From NCBI GenBank assembly GCA_964611275.1, contig CAZSZS010000040.1, positions 2,992 to 66,991 on the forward strand: a stretch of DNA of 64,000 bases. The letters are read 5' to 3'. The stretch is from an uncultured Eubacteriales bacterium (GTDB lineage Bacteria > Acidobacteriota > Aminicenantia > Aminicenantales > Aminicenantaceae). The translations under genes and the position numbers were made by a program. The notes below the pieces were generated by a model, which searched no databases, was not told where the DNA came from, and was given only the letters and a program-made list of their open reading frames with translations. Shown here piece after piece: positions 45,916 to 55,886 of the stretch (its first letter is position 1; each line of letters opens with the position of its first letter).

Positions 45916-46158
45916 CTATTTTATTTTTTTTATCAAGAACCGCATGGATTCATCTCTTTTTTCGAATGAGATGATCTCATGGCCTGTTCTTTTTGCAAAC
46001 CTCTTTATATCTTCCTCAGCAGCCGGGTCATCTGCCAGAACTTCCAGGATTTCTCCTTTTTCGATGCTGTCTATGCTTTCTCTTGTCTGGAACAAAGGTT
46101 CAGGACAAAAAAGTCCGATACAATCAAGGGTTTTTTGGGGTTTATTTTTTGATGACAT
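45916..46158 (-). CDS. tusA: TusA/SirA-family sulfur carrier
   Basis: 80 aa. LDCIGLFCPEPL contains the CPxP active-site motif. Confidence 0.85.
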   Translation of the reverse strand: MSSKNKPQKTLDCIGLFCPEPLFQTRESIDSIEKGEILEVLADDPAAEEDIKRFAKRTGHEIISFEKRDESMRFLIKKIK

Positions 46159-46385
46159 CGCTTCACCCTCCTATGAGTTATAAATCCTATAGAAATTGTA
46201 GGATATGTATAATATAAGGCTTTTATCCCCCTTTGTCAACCTCATATTTTCTTATTTTTTTTATATTCCAGTCAACCTTTTTGTCGGGTTTTACGTCTTA
46301 TATACAGAAGTTCGAAATTTTCGAAGTGCTCATTGGGCATGAAAAAAATGAAATTTTCAAAAGAGTCAATAATAAGGAGCCAAGC

Positions 46386-46715
46386 ATGAAAACCTTTACC
46401 AAAAAAGAAGAGCAGATCCTCCTGGCAATTTACCATCTCAAAGATAAAGCCTATCTGATCCCTATTCGGGAAATGATAAAGAAATTTACGGGAAAATACT
46501 ATTCTGTGGGCACCATCTATGCCCCTCTGAACCGTCTCCATAGCTGTGGTTATTTGAAGACGTATGTGGAAAAGCCCGAATCCTCCTCCGGAGGCAAACC
46601 TATCAAATATTACTGCCTGACCAAAGACGGATTGGAAGCCCTGGAATCTCTTAAAAGACAGAATGAGTTGATGTGGGAAGGCTTTAAGGTGCCTGCTTTT
46701 GGCGACAAGAATTAA
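46386..46715 (+). CDS. PadR family transcriptional regulator
   Basis: ILLAIYHLKDKAYLIPIREMI...YYSVGTIYAPLNRLHSCGYLK (winged HTH). ATG 46386 preceded by AAGGAG. The upstream part of the track ORF is not credible. Confidence 0.85.
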   Translation: MKTFTKKEEQILLAIYHLKDKAYLIPIREMIKKFTGKYYSVGTIYAPLNRLHSCGYLKTYVEKPESSSGGKPIKYYCLTKDGLEALESLKRQNELMWEGFKVPAFGDKN

Positions 46716-46717
46716 TC

Positions 46718-49294
46718 ATGAAAAAAGCAAAACCCCGTATACCTGGATTGGCCTTTGGATTCCTTAAGCGAATTCTTCCAAAAGAGGACTCTGTATATTT
46801 GAGTGAAAATTTCAAGGAACTGTACGAGTACAGAGTGAAAACAGGGGGCCGGTTCAAAGCGGGGATATGGTTCTGGGGAGAAATTTTAAAATCCCTGCCT
46901 GGATTTTTATATTCAGCACTTTACTGGAGGTATATGATGTTTAAAAATTACTTTGTCGTTTCAATAAGAAATATCCGCAAACACACACTTCACTCCATCA
47001 TTAATATTGCAGGAATGTCTTTGGGCCTTTTTGTCTGTCTGCTCATTTTTCTCTGGGTTCAGAATGAAATAGGGTTTGACAGGTTTCATACACAAAGAGA
47101 CGACATTGCCCAGGTCTATTCCGAAACCCTGTATTCAAATGGAAGCACTCAGGTTTTCATGGGCTCTTACTATCCTTTGGCGAAGATTTTGAAACAAGAA
47201 TGCCCTGAGGTCAGGGAGGCGGTCCGGTATGAAACCGCAAACGGCATTTCCTTGAGATATAAAGATAAGCAATTCACCAATGATACCGTCGGCCTGGCTG
47301 ATCCCGCCTTTTTTGATATCTTTTCCTTCTCTTTTATCAAAGGCGATCCTGAGCTGGCCCTGCAAAACAATTATTCCGTTATTCTAACGGAAAAAATGGC
47401 CAGAAAATATTTCGGAAATGATGAGCCTATTGGAAAAACACTCACTTTGAACAACGAAGTGGATATCCAGGTCACAGGTGTCATCGAAGATGTTCCATCG
47501 CAGTCTTCACTCCAGTTTAACTGTGTCGCTCCTTATGTTCTCAAGTATGCTCCGGATTTTAAAGAGCCTGAACACTGGGGAGGAAATCCTCTTGCAACTT
47601 ACGTCCTGCTGCAAAAAAACAGTGATCCTTCTCAACTGGAACAAAAAATCACATCCATTGTGGACAAACACGCTCAGTGGGAAACTGCAGAGGTCTCTTT
47701 TTATTTGCATCCCCTGAAAAAAATGCACCTCTATTCTCCCCAGGGAGGCGGTTTGATCCAGTCCCTGTTGATTTTTTCCGCCATTGCCCTCTTTGTTCTC
47801 TTTATTGCCATCATCAACTTTGTGAATCTGAGCACAGCTAAAGCAGCCACCCGGGCCAAGGAAGTGGGAGTCCGCAAAGTAGTAGGGGCCAGGAAGAGAG
47901 AACTTATCCAGCAGTTCATGGGCGAATCCCTGATGATCTCTCTCATCACACTGATCATTGCCGTCTTACTTCTGGCCGTCTTTCTCCCCTCTTTTAACCA
48001 GTTTGCGGGAAAACAATTTTCGCTTCATCTTCTGCTCAAACCCGAAGTGGCTCTTGGGTTTTTAGGCATGGCCCTGATTACAGGATTTCTTGCCGGAGTG
48101 TATCCGGCTCTTTACCTCTCCAATATCCAACCCAGAAGTATCATGAAAGGTCTTGCTGGAGTACGGAATAAAGGTTCTTTACGCAAAATTCTGGTCGTGT
48201 CCCAGTTTTCTCTTTCCATTATCATGATCATCAGTACAGTTGTGGTCTTCAGACAATTAAACTATATGATGAGCACAGACCTGGGTTTTGACAGAGAAAA
48301 TCTGATCGTTCTCCCGATGAGCCAGAGAATCCAGGAGGGATTCGAACCTCTGCGGAACGAATTATTGAGCGATCCTCAGGTCGAAAGCGTGACAAAAAGC
48401 CTTCAGGGCCCATGGCATATCGGATCCACTGTACGTGCAGTGGACTGGGATGGAAAGCCTGCGGATGAGACGATCTATATGCATTGGGATTATGTGGGAT
48501 ACGATTATTTTTCAACCTTAAAAATGGATATCATTGAAGGCCGGGCTTTTTCCAGAGAATTTCCTACAGACCTCAAAGAGGCATACATCGTAAATGAGGA
48601 AGCCGTGAAACTCATGGGAATGGAATCTCCGGTCGGAAAGCGGCTTTCGGTTTTTCAGAATCAAGGTCAGATCATCGGCGTGGTGAAAAATTTCCACTTC
48701 CAGCCCCTTTATCATGAAATAAAACCATTTGTCTTTATGCTGAGGCCTGATTCCAGTTCCCTGGCTTTTATGCGGATAAGACCGGAAAACGTATCCGGAA
48801 CTCTGGAGAACATTCGGACCATTCTGGCCAAACACAATCCCGGATCAAAAGGAGATTTGCTTTTCTTTAATGATATTCTCTCCCGGTATATCTACACTGC
48901 AGAGGAGCAAACAGGAAAAATTGCCGGGTACTTCACTCTTCTTGCCGTGCTTATATCCTGCATAGGGCTTTTTGGCCTGGCTGCTTTTATGGCCGAACAG
49001 CGCACCAAAGAGATCGGCGTTCGAAAAATTGTGGGCGCTTCCATGAAGAATGTGGTGTTTATGCTGACCAAAGACTTCACCAAATGGATTTTGCTGTCCA
49101 ATATTATCTCCTGGCCCGTGGCTTATCTTATCATGAAAAACATTCTTGAAAAGTACTCTTACAGAACACACATCGGGCCGGAGCTGTTTATTTTGTCAGG
49201 TCTTGCCGCTTTTATCGTAGCTTTACTGACCGTCAGCTTTCTGGCTTTTAAAGCAGCACGTGCCAATCCTGCTGACTCTCTCCGGTATGAATAA
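46718..49294 (+). CDS. Duplicated FtsX/MacB-type ABC permease (ADOP-like); no ATPase gene adjacent
   Basis: 858 aa. Two MacB_PCD-like periplasmic regions and two FtsX 4-TM modules (…EIGVRKVVGA…, …EIGVRKIVGA…). Starts 2 nt after the padR stop. Confidence 0.85.
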   Translation: MKKAKPRIPGLAFGFLKRILPKEDSVYLSENFKELYEYRVKTGGRFKAGIWFWGEILKSLPGFLYSALYWRYMMFKNYFVVSIRNIRKHTLHSIINIAGMSLGLFVCLLIFLWVQNEIGFDRFHTQRDDIAQVYSETLYSNGSTQVFMGSYYPLAKILKQECPEVREAVRYETANGISLRYKDKQFTNDTVGLADPAFFDIFSFSFIKGDPELALQNNYSVILTEKMARKYFGNDEPIGKTLTLNNEVDIQVTGVIEDVPSQSSLQFNCVAPYVLKYAPDFKEPEHWGGNPLATYVLLQKNSDPSQLEQKITSIVDKHAQWETAEVSFYLHPLKKMHLYSPQGGGLIQSLLIFSAIALFVLFIAIINFVNLSTAKAATRAKEVGVRKVVGARKRELIQQFMGESLMISLITLIIAVLLLAVFLPSFNQFAGKQFSLHLLLKPEVALGFLGMALITGFLAGVYPALYLSNIQPRSIMKGLAGVRNKGSLRKILVVSQFSLSIIMIISTVVVFRQLNYMMSTDLGFDRENLIVLPMSQRIQEGFEPLRNELLSDPQVESVTKSLQGPWHIGSTVRAVDWDGKPADETIYMHWDYVGYDYFSTLKMDIIEGRAFSREFPTDLKEAYIVNEEAVKLMGMESPVGKRLSVFQNQGQIIGVVKNFHFQPLYHEIKPFVFMLRPDSSSLAFMRIRPENVSGTLENIRTILAKHNPGSKGDLLFFNDILSRYIYTAEEQTGKIAGYFTLLAVLISCIGLFGLAAFMAEQRTKEIGVRKIVGASMKNVVFMLTKDFTKWILLSNIISWPVAYLIMKNILEKYSYRTHIGPELFILSGLAAFIVALLTVSFLAFKAARANPADSLRYE

Positions 49295-49380
49295 GAGAAG
49301 CGGCTACCGAAGAACCTCGTTTTCCCAGATCGGGCTGGCAGTGCTGGAGCGGGATTCGTTAGCGTGGTGATAGGTGATGA

Positions 49381-50073
49381 CTATACGGGCTCAAATTCGT
49401 CCTTAGATGCCCCGCACACCGGGCAGACCCAATCGTCAGGGATATCTTTAAAAGCGGTTCCCGGCTCGATTCCGCTGTCAGGATCGCCCTTTTCCGGTTC
49501 ATAAATATATCCGCACACTGTGCATCTGTAAGATTTCATTTTTGTTTTCTCCTTTTTTTCCGTGTTTTTTTCTTTAACATAAGTGGGCGCATTTTTGTCT
49601 GTCTTGCCTTTTTTGACCTCATGATAATAGGAGTAGGTAAGGGGTTCCCCCTGTTTCAGTTTTTCTGCTTCAATCAGCTTTCCCACAAATGCAGTGTGAG
49701 TGCCCACGTCTAAAGCCTCTGTCACTTCACATAAAAGATACCCAAGAGTGTTCTCGGTCAGATAGGGGATGCCTTTTTTCCCTGTTTTGTAGCCGACTTC
49801 CTTGAATTTATCGAATTCACGGCCCGACCTGAAACCAAAAGTCCCGATAAACTTAAGAGGTGTGTCCTTTTCTAAAATTGAGACCGAGAAAACTTTGCTT
49901 TCAGTGATATAGTTATGTGTGAGATTTTTTTTATTGAGGCATACCAGAATTTTAGGGGGCTCTGCGGTGATCTGAGTCACAACATTTGCTATCTGGCCGT
50001 TGTATTTTTCTCCCTTTTTGGAGCTTATCACATAAACTCCATAGCTGATATCGAACAAAGTGGTTATATCCAT
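49381..50073 (-). CDS. Flavin reductase domain fused to C-terminal rubredoxin (high-molecular-weight rubredoxin type)
   Basis: Flavin_Reduct-like N-terminus. C-terminal [16 protein letters not shown]...[14 protein letters not shown] rubredoxin. Confidence 0.85.
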   Translation of the reverse strand: MDITTLFDISYGVYVISSKKGEKYNGQIANVVTQITAEPPKILVCLNKKNLTHNYITESKVFSVSILEKDTPLKFIGTFGFRSGREFDKFKEVGYKTGKKGIPYLTENTLGYLLCEVTEALDVGTHTAFVGKLIEAEKLKQGEPLTYSYYHEVKKGKTDKNAPTYVKEKNTEKKEKTKMKSYRCTVCGYIYEPEKGDPDSGIEPGTAFKDIPDDWVCPVCGASKDEFEPV

Positions 50074-50240
50074 TGATCATTCTCCTAAGAAATGTTTCCA
50101 TATTGCGGTACTGCTCTTTATTATGCAACATTTTTGTATACAATGGAACAGCTGGAGTGGAAAGATAAATTGACAATTCCCTCTATAATGAATATTGTTA
50201 TGAAAAGTCAGAATCAGAATGCAATCAGGAATGTTTGGCG

Positions 50241-52589
50241 ATGAAAAATAACAGCACAGAGTTTAAAAGCAAAGCTCCCGGTACGGAACTGGCAAGGGAT
50301 ATGGGATTGATGCATGTCACGATGATCGGTGTGGGAGCCATGATCGGGGCAGGCATATTCGTTCTTACCGGGTTGGCTGCCGGTGTGGCAGGCCCAGCCT
50401 TGATTCTTGTGTTTCTCCTTAATGGAATTGTAACCGGATTTACCGCCATGTCCTATGCAGAGCTGGGATCCTGTTTTCCCGAGGCAGGGGGCGGATATCT
50501 TTGGGTTAAGGAAGCGCTGCCCCAGCCAAACGGATTTTTATCCGGATGGATCAGCTGGTTTGCCCATGCCGTGGCATGCAGCCTTTATGCCGTTGCCTTC
50601 GGAGCTTTTGCCGTTGATTTATTGAGCTTGGGGGGAGTGGATTTTGAACGGCTGGTCCCCTCTATCGTAAAGTCTCCGCCCCATTTGTTTTGGACAAAAT
50701 TGGTCGCTGTTCTTGTGGGTATTGTCTTCGTTTATATTAATTACCGGGGGGCTAAGGAAACAGGCCAGGCTGAAACATTCGTGACAATGGTTAAAATCAT
50801 TGTGATTGCTATGTTTATAGCCTTTGGATGCTATGCTATTTTCTCCGGGAATCTGGCAGAACCATGGCAGAGTCATTTTAGGGGGTTTTTTCAAAAAGGG
50901 CCTATGGGTATCATCATGGCCATGGGGCTGACTTTTATTGCTTTTGAGGGATATGAGATCATTGCCCAGTGTGGTGAAGAAGTTGTCAATCCTAAAAAGA
51001 ACATACCGCGTTCCATTTTTCTTTCTCTTATCATTGTGGTCCCTATCTATCTTCTGGTCGCTTTTGTTGCTCTGGGAGCTGTGACTCCGGAGGGAGGTAT
51101 GCCGAGCTGGCAGTATCTCGGGACAAGAGGCGAGCTGGCCATGATCGAGGCAGCAGAGCATTTTATGATGGGAAAAATCGGAAGGATTATTTTCCTCATA
51201 GGAGGTCTGTTTTCAACTATGTCTGCTCTGAATGCCACGATTTACTCTTCCTCAAGGGTCAGCTTTGCCATGGGCAGAGACCATAACCTTCCCGGAGTAT
51301 TCGGGAAAATTCATAAAAAAAAGAGAACTCCCCATATGGCCGTATTTATTTCAGGGGCTTTCATATTGTTTATGGCCGTAGTACTCCCGATCGAAGATAT
51401 TGCCAGTGCTACAGATGCGATGTTCCTGCTGCTGTTCATATTCGTTAATATAGCTGTTATTAACCTGAGGAAGAATCGTCCGGATCTGGACAGGGGATTT
51501 AAGGTGCCTTTTTCCCCGTTCATTCCTATCCTTGCTACTTTCCTGAATCTTTTACTGGCTGTATTTTTGTTTTTCTACAGGCCGTTAGGTGTGTGGGTCT
51601 GTGTTGGATATATTCTTTTGGGTGTTTTTATCTATTATATTTATTCCAGGAAGAAAGAGTTCACAGCCAAAGCGGCTCCTGCCATCCATATGGAGCGTTC
51701 GGTTTTCCTGGGAAATGAATCTAAATACCATATTTTAGTTCCGGTAGCGAATGAACAAACCGTAAAGCAACTGCAGAAGTATGCTGTTGAGATCGCGGAG
51801 AATCGCGATGCGGACATGACAGTGCTGAATGTCATCCGGGTCCCTTCCCAGCTTCCTCCCAGTATGGGACGCAAATATCTGAATGAATCAAGAGCTATCC
51901 TTGAAAAAGCCATTGATGCTGCGGAGGGCAAAAACATACCCATCTCTTCGGTTGTCAAAGTCACCCATAATATACCAAAAGCTATCATTGAGACATGTGA
52001 AGAGAGGAAAATTGATTTAATGGTGCTCGGTTGGGAGGGAGAGAAGGCGGCGCATAATAGAGTTTTTGGCACGATTTTGGATGAGATCATACTGAACACC
52101 GTATGTGATATCGTGCTTATTTGCCGTCCTCCGGCTAGAGAAGCCCAAGTATCGCGAATATTGATTCCGGTGAGCACGATAAAATACGCTGTTCTTTCCT
52201 TACAGATGGCAGAAATATTGGTCAAGGACAAACAGATCCCCATTGTTCTTTTTCATGCCACATACAGAGATGATATTGAGGAAATAAAAAAGTATTATGA
52301 AACTGAACTGAGGAAGCTGAACTGCGGAATAAATCCTGATAAATACAAGATCAAAATCAAGAAAGCATCCAGACTGTCGGATTCCATTCTTGAGGAGACC
52401 CGGAGTGATGACCTCGTGATTATGGGCGCTCCGGAAGAGGGATTGGTGCAGCGCGCCATGTTTGGAGATATTCCTGTGGAGATCGCCAAGAGAAGCAAAG
52501 CATCTCTTATTCTGACCAAGAAATATACGGGCCATGTGAAAACATGGTTCCAGAAATTTTTCGGCTCCAGGAAGACCATCCTGGAGTAG
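50241..52589 (+). CDS. APC-family amino-acid permease fused to two C-terminal universal stress protein domains
   Basis: About 12 TM helices with GAGIFVLTG and FEGYE blocks. Two Usp-like repeats follow (HILVPV...DLMVLGWEG; ILIPV...DLVIMGAPE). Confidence 0.85.
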   Translation: MKNNSTEFKSKAPGTELARDMGLMHVTMIGVGAMIGAGIFVLTGLAAGVAGPALILVFLLNGIVTGFTAMSYAELGSCFPEAGGGYLWVKEALPQPNGFLSGWISWFAHAVACSLYAVAFGAFAVDLLSLGGVDFERLVPSIVKSPPHLFWTKLVAVLVGIVFVYINYRGAKETGQAETFVTMVKIIVIAMFIAFGCYAIFSGNLAEPWQSHFRGFFQKGPMGIIMAMGLTFIAFEGYEIIAQCGEEVVNPKKNIPRSIFLSLIIVVPIYLLVAFVALGAVTPEGGMPSWQYLGTRGELAMIEAAEHFMMGKIGRIIFLIGGLFSTMSALNATIYSSSRVSFAMGRDHNLPGVFGKIHKKKRTPHMAVFISGAFILFMAVVLPIEDIASATDAMFLLLFIFVNIAVINLRKNRPDLDRGFKVPFSPFIPILATFLNLLLAVFLFFYRPLGVWVCVGYILLGVFIYYIYSRKKEFTAKAAPAIHMERSVFLGNESKYHILVPVANEQTVKQLQKYAVEIAENRDADMTVLNVIRVPSQLPPSMGRKYLNESRAILEKAIDAAEGKNIPISSVVKVTHNIPKAIIETCEERKIDLMVLGWEGEKAAHNRVFGTILDEIILNTVCDIVLICRPPAREAQVSRILIPVSTIKYAVLSLQMAEILVKDKQIPIVLFHATYRDDIEEIKKYYETELRKLNCGINPDKYKIKIKKASRLSDSILEETRSDDLVIMGAPEEGLVQRAMFGDIPVEIAKRSKASLILTKKYTGHVKTWFQKFFGSRKTILE

Positions 52590-52620
52590 GATCTAAAAGA
52601 AATTTAAAGACCTGTGGTTT

Positions 52621-53328
52621 TCATTTTGTGGTTTGTGTTTCACTTTTTTTAATGAGAGATTTGGTTTTTTTTATGAGCATCCCCGTAAGGGAAGAGATGA
52701 AAGGAAGGGCGACCAGAAAAAAGGTCACATACGTTGTTAATCCATGTCCGATCCTTTCAATGATTTTATAAAGCTCGTCAAACCATATGGTCCAGCACAC
52801 GACACCCACCCACATCGAGGGGATCGTTATGGTAAGTGATGGTATTGTTTTATATCCTTCAGCACGGGCAATGAGAAAACCCATTATGGCCCCGGTCATG
52901 GGAAAAGGCATCCATACAAAAACAACAATTCCTATCCAGCTCCATTTTTTCATTTTCTCAGCCCTTTTTTCGGCCTTTTGCATTCGGATCTCGACAAATT
53001 TTTTGAACAGTTTGAATTCCTTTGCTTTGACCCATAAGAAACCAACAATAGAGAGCATAATGAGGAGAAAGGCCGTGAGATAGGCGAGGATGATGAGCAT
53101 GATCGTGAGAGCAGGGAAATTAAATTCAAGACCCGCACCTATAATGGCAAGCCTTCCTCCAAGGTGGAAAGCGGTGACCATGGAGATTAACTTTAAAGCA
53201 AGGGAAGATTTAGAAAGGAACAAGACTATGATGACGCAGATCTCAATGGAAAGAAGGACCATTCCAATAAAAAAGGGGATCTTTTCATTATCAATACCAA
53301 GAATGTTTTTATCTTTGAATGAGTTCAT
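52621..53328 (-). CDS. Polytopic membrane protein, possibly small-multidrug-export-like (COG2426)
   Basis: Several TM helices. WMPFPMTGAIMGFLIA resembles the LP.PGTGAWTG block of that family. The family call is weak. Confidence 0.4.
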   Translation of the reverse strand: MNSFKDKNILGIDNEKIPFFIGMVLLSIEICVIIVLFLSKSSLALKLISMVTAFHLGGRLAIIGAGLEFNFPALTIMLIILAYLTAFLLIMLSIVGFLWVKAKEFKLFKKFVEIRMQKAEKRAEKMKKWSWIGIVVFVWMPFPMTGAIMGFLIARAEGYKTIPSLTITIPSMWVGVVCWTIWFDELYKIIERIGHGLTTYVTFFLVALPFISSLTGMLIKKTKSLIKKSETQTTK

Positions 53329-53487
53329 TTTTATTCCTATTCAATACATTTTTAGGGAAAAAATATCAAGATTTTTTAAAGAAAACAGATGAAACGAGAG
53401 ACCTGAACAAAGAGAATTGTTGAATAATTCCTCGTAAAATATTATCTTACTTAGGGATGAAATGATTGATGTAAGTAAAGGAGAACC

Positions 53488-55194
53488 ATGAGAAAATATG
53501 CCCTCGGACTGGATTTTGGAACCAATTCATGCCGGGCTTTGATCGTTGATATTTTGAACGGCAGGGAGGTCGCAACGCGTGTTTTTCCCTATCCATCCGG
53601 AGACGATGGTGTTATTCTCGATGAGAAAGAGCCTGATATAGCAAGACAGAACCCGGATGATTATCTCATCGGGATGGAAAGATCCGTAAGATCCGCTGTT
53701 GGTAAGGCTCAGACCAATGACCCGGAGTTTGATCCCCAACACATCATAGGCATTGGGATAGACACTACAGGGAGCAGTCCGATGCCCGTTGATGCCAGGG
53801 GAGTGCCTTTGAGTATGTTGCCTGAATTCAAGAACAATAAAGATGCTTTAGTCTGGCTGTGGAAAGATCATTCAAGTCATTATGAAGCCGCACAGATCAC
53901 GGAAATTGCTCGGGAGATGCGTCCTCAATATTTGGAGAGAATAGGAGGGGTCTATTCTTCAGAATGGTTTTGGTCCAAAATATGGCACTGCAGGAAGGTA
54001 GCTCCGGATGTTTTCGGCTCAGCGCACAGCTTTGTGGAGATTTGTGATTATTTGCCTGCTGTTTTGACGGGAGATACAAGACCGGAACATTTAAAAAGGA
54101 GTGTTTGTGCGGCCGGTCATAAAGCCATGTATAATGAGGAATGGGGAGGCCTTCCTGACAAGGATTTTCTCAAGGAATTGGATCCCGGACTGGCCGAATT
54201 AAAGGACAGGCTGTATGAACGAGCCTACCCTTCGGATAAACTGGCGGGTCGTCTTTGTTCCGAATGGGCAGACCGGCTTGGATTGAATGAAGGTACGGCC
54301 GTTGCTGTGGGGGCCTTTGATGCGCATATGGGCGGAGTGGGAGCCGGAGTCAAAGAGGGGACTCTTGTGAAAATACTTGGGACAAGCACCTGTGATATTC
54401 TGGTCAGCGCCAAGGAAAAGGGCCCCATAAATATTCCCGGAGTGTGCGGTATCGTGGATGGTTCGGTCATACCGGGATATTATGGCATTGAAGCAGGGCA
54501 ATCAGCGGTCGGGGATATTTTTTTGTGGTATGTTGAAAAACTCGTACCTGATAGATATGGGAAAACGATTGATGAAAAATTTAAAAATCTTGAGGCAGAG
54601 ACTCTCAAACAGAAGCCCGGTGAACACGGCCTTATTGCTTTGGATTGGAACAACGGGAACCGCACCATACTGGTCGATGTGAGGTTGAATGGACTTCTCA
54701 TCGGTCAGACGCTTCATACAGAACCACACGAGATCTACAGGGCTCTTATAGAAGCCACAGCCTTTGGTGCGTTGACCATCATCAACCGCATTCAGGAGTA
54801 TAATGTCACCATCAAGGAGATTATCAACTGCGGAGGACTGGCAGCAAAAAGTCCGTTTCTTATGCAGGTTTATGCTGATATACTTGGGCGTCCTATGAAA
54901 GTATCGCGGAGTGATCAGACACCCGCTCTGGGGGCCGCTCTTTTTGGTGCGGTGGCAGCCGGAGCAGAGAAAAGCGGATATACGAGTGTGGAGGAAGCTC
55001 AAAAGAAAATGACAGGCATTAGTAAGGTCACCGATCCGGATCCAGGATATCATGAAGTCTATCAGAAAATGTACGCTCTTTATAAGAAGCTTCATGATGC
55101 TTTCGGCACTAAGGAGTGGAAAGGAAGCCTTTATAATGTGATGAAGGACCTGATTGATCTCAGGGAGGCGCAGAGGAGGGGAAGAGATGCTTGA
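53488..55194 (+). CDS. araB: Ribulokinase (FGGY family)
   Basis: YALGLDFGTNSCRALIVD N-terminus, GIGIDTTGSSP, WFWSKI, EAGQSAVGD. Followed by araD. Confidence 0.88.
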   Translation: MRKYALGLDFGTNSCRALIVDILNGREVATRVFPYPSGDDGVILDEKEPDIARQNPDDYLIGMERSVRSAVGKAQTNDPEFDPQHIIGIGIDTTGSSPMPVDARGVPLSMLPEFKNNKDALVWLWKDHSSHYEAAQITEIAREMRPQYLERIGGVYSSEWFWSKIWHCRKVAPDVFGSAHSFVEICDYLPAVLTGDTRPEHLKRSVCAAGHKAMYNEEWGGLPDKDFLKELDPGLAELKDRLYERAYPSDKLAGRLCSEWADRLGLNEGTAVAVGAFDAHMGGVGAGVKEGTLVKILGTSTCDILVSAKEKGPINIPGVCGIVDGSVIPGYYGIEAGQSAVGDIFLWYVEKLVPDRYGKTIDEKFKNLEAETLKQKPGEHGLIALDWNNGNRTILVDVRLNGLLIGQTLHTEPHEIYRALIEATAFGALTIINRIQEYNVTIKEIINCGGLAAKSPFLMQVYADILGRPMKVSRSDQTPALGAALFGAVAAGAEKSGYTSVEEAQKKMTGISKVTDPDPGYHEVYQKMYALYKKLHDAFGTKEWKGSLYNVMKDLIDLREAQRRGRDA

Positions 55195-55882
55195 AGGATT
55201 GAAGGAAAGTGTTTGCAAAGCCAATTGTGATATAATCAAGTCTCATCTTGTCACTCTGACATGGGGAAATGTGAGTGGTTTTGATAGACAAAAAGAGCTG
55301 ATTGTCATAAAACCCAGTGGTATCTCTTGTGAAGAATTAAAGCCGGAAAGCATGGTTGTGATGGATCTTAAAGGCTCTAAAGTCGAGGGTGATCTCAAAC
55401 CTTCTTCTGATGCTCCCACTCATATAGAGCTTTATAAAGCGTTTGATGGCATCGGTTCCATTGTCCACACACACAGTGATTATGCATCCATGTTTGCTCA
55501 AGCAGGAAAGGAAATTCCCTGTTTGGGCACCACACATGCTGATTATTTCTATGGGAGTGTGCCTGTGACCAGACCCTTAAACAAGAAAGAAGTGGGGACC
55601 GGTTATGAGAAAAATACGGGGAGTGTTATTATCGAGACTTTCGAAAAATTAGATCCACTCGCTTGTCCGGCAGTGCTTGTTTCAGGTCACGGGCCTTTTT
55701 CGTGGGGGAAGACTCCTGATGAAGCTGTGGGGGTCAGCATAGCTCTTGAAAAGATCGCCAAAATGGCATGGGGGACCTTGGCTTTGACAGGCAAAGAGAG
55801 AGCCCTGCCCGATTATATATTAAAAAAACATTATTTGAGAAAGCACGGGCCAAATGCCTATTACGGTCAAAAAGGAGGCTAG
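55187..55882 (+). CDS. araD: L-ribulose-5-phosphate 4-epimerase (class II aldolase fold)
   Basis: MLEGLKESVCKAN...TLTWGNVSGFDR...VIKPSG...PSSDAPTHIELY...VHTHS. The ATG overlaps the araB stop (ATGCTTGA). Confidence 0.9.
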   Translation: MLEGLKESVCKANCDIIKSHLVTLTWGNVSGFDRQKELIVIKPSGISCEELKPESMVVMDLKGSKVEGDLKPSSDAPTHIELYKAFDGIGSIVHTHSDYASMFAQAGKEIPCLGTTHADYFYGSVPVTRPLNKKEVGTGYEKNTGSVIIETFEKLDPLACPAVLVSGHGPFSWGKTPDEAVGVSIALEKIAKMAWGTLALTGKERALPDYILKKHYLRKHGPNAYYGQKGG

Positions 55883-55886
55883 GCAG

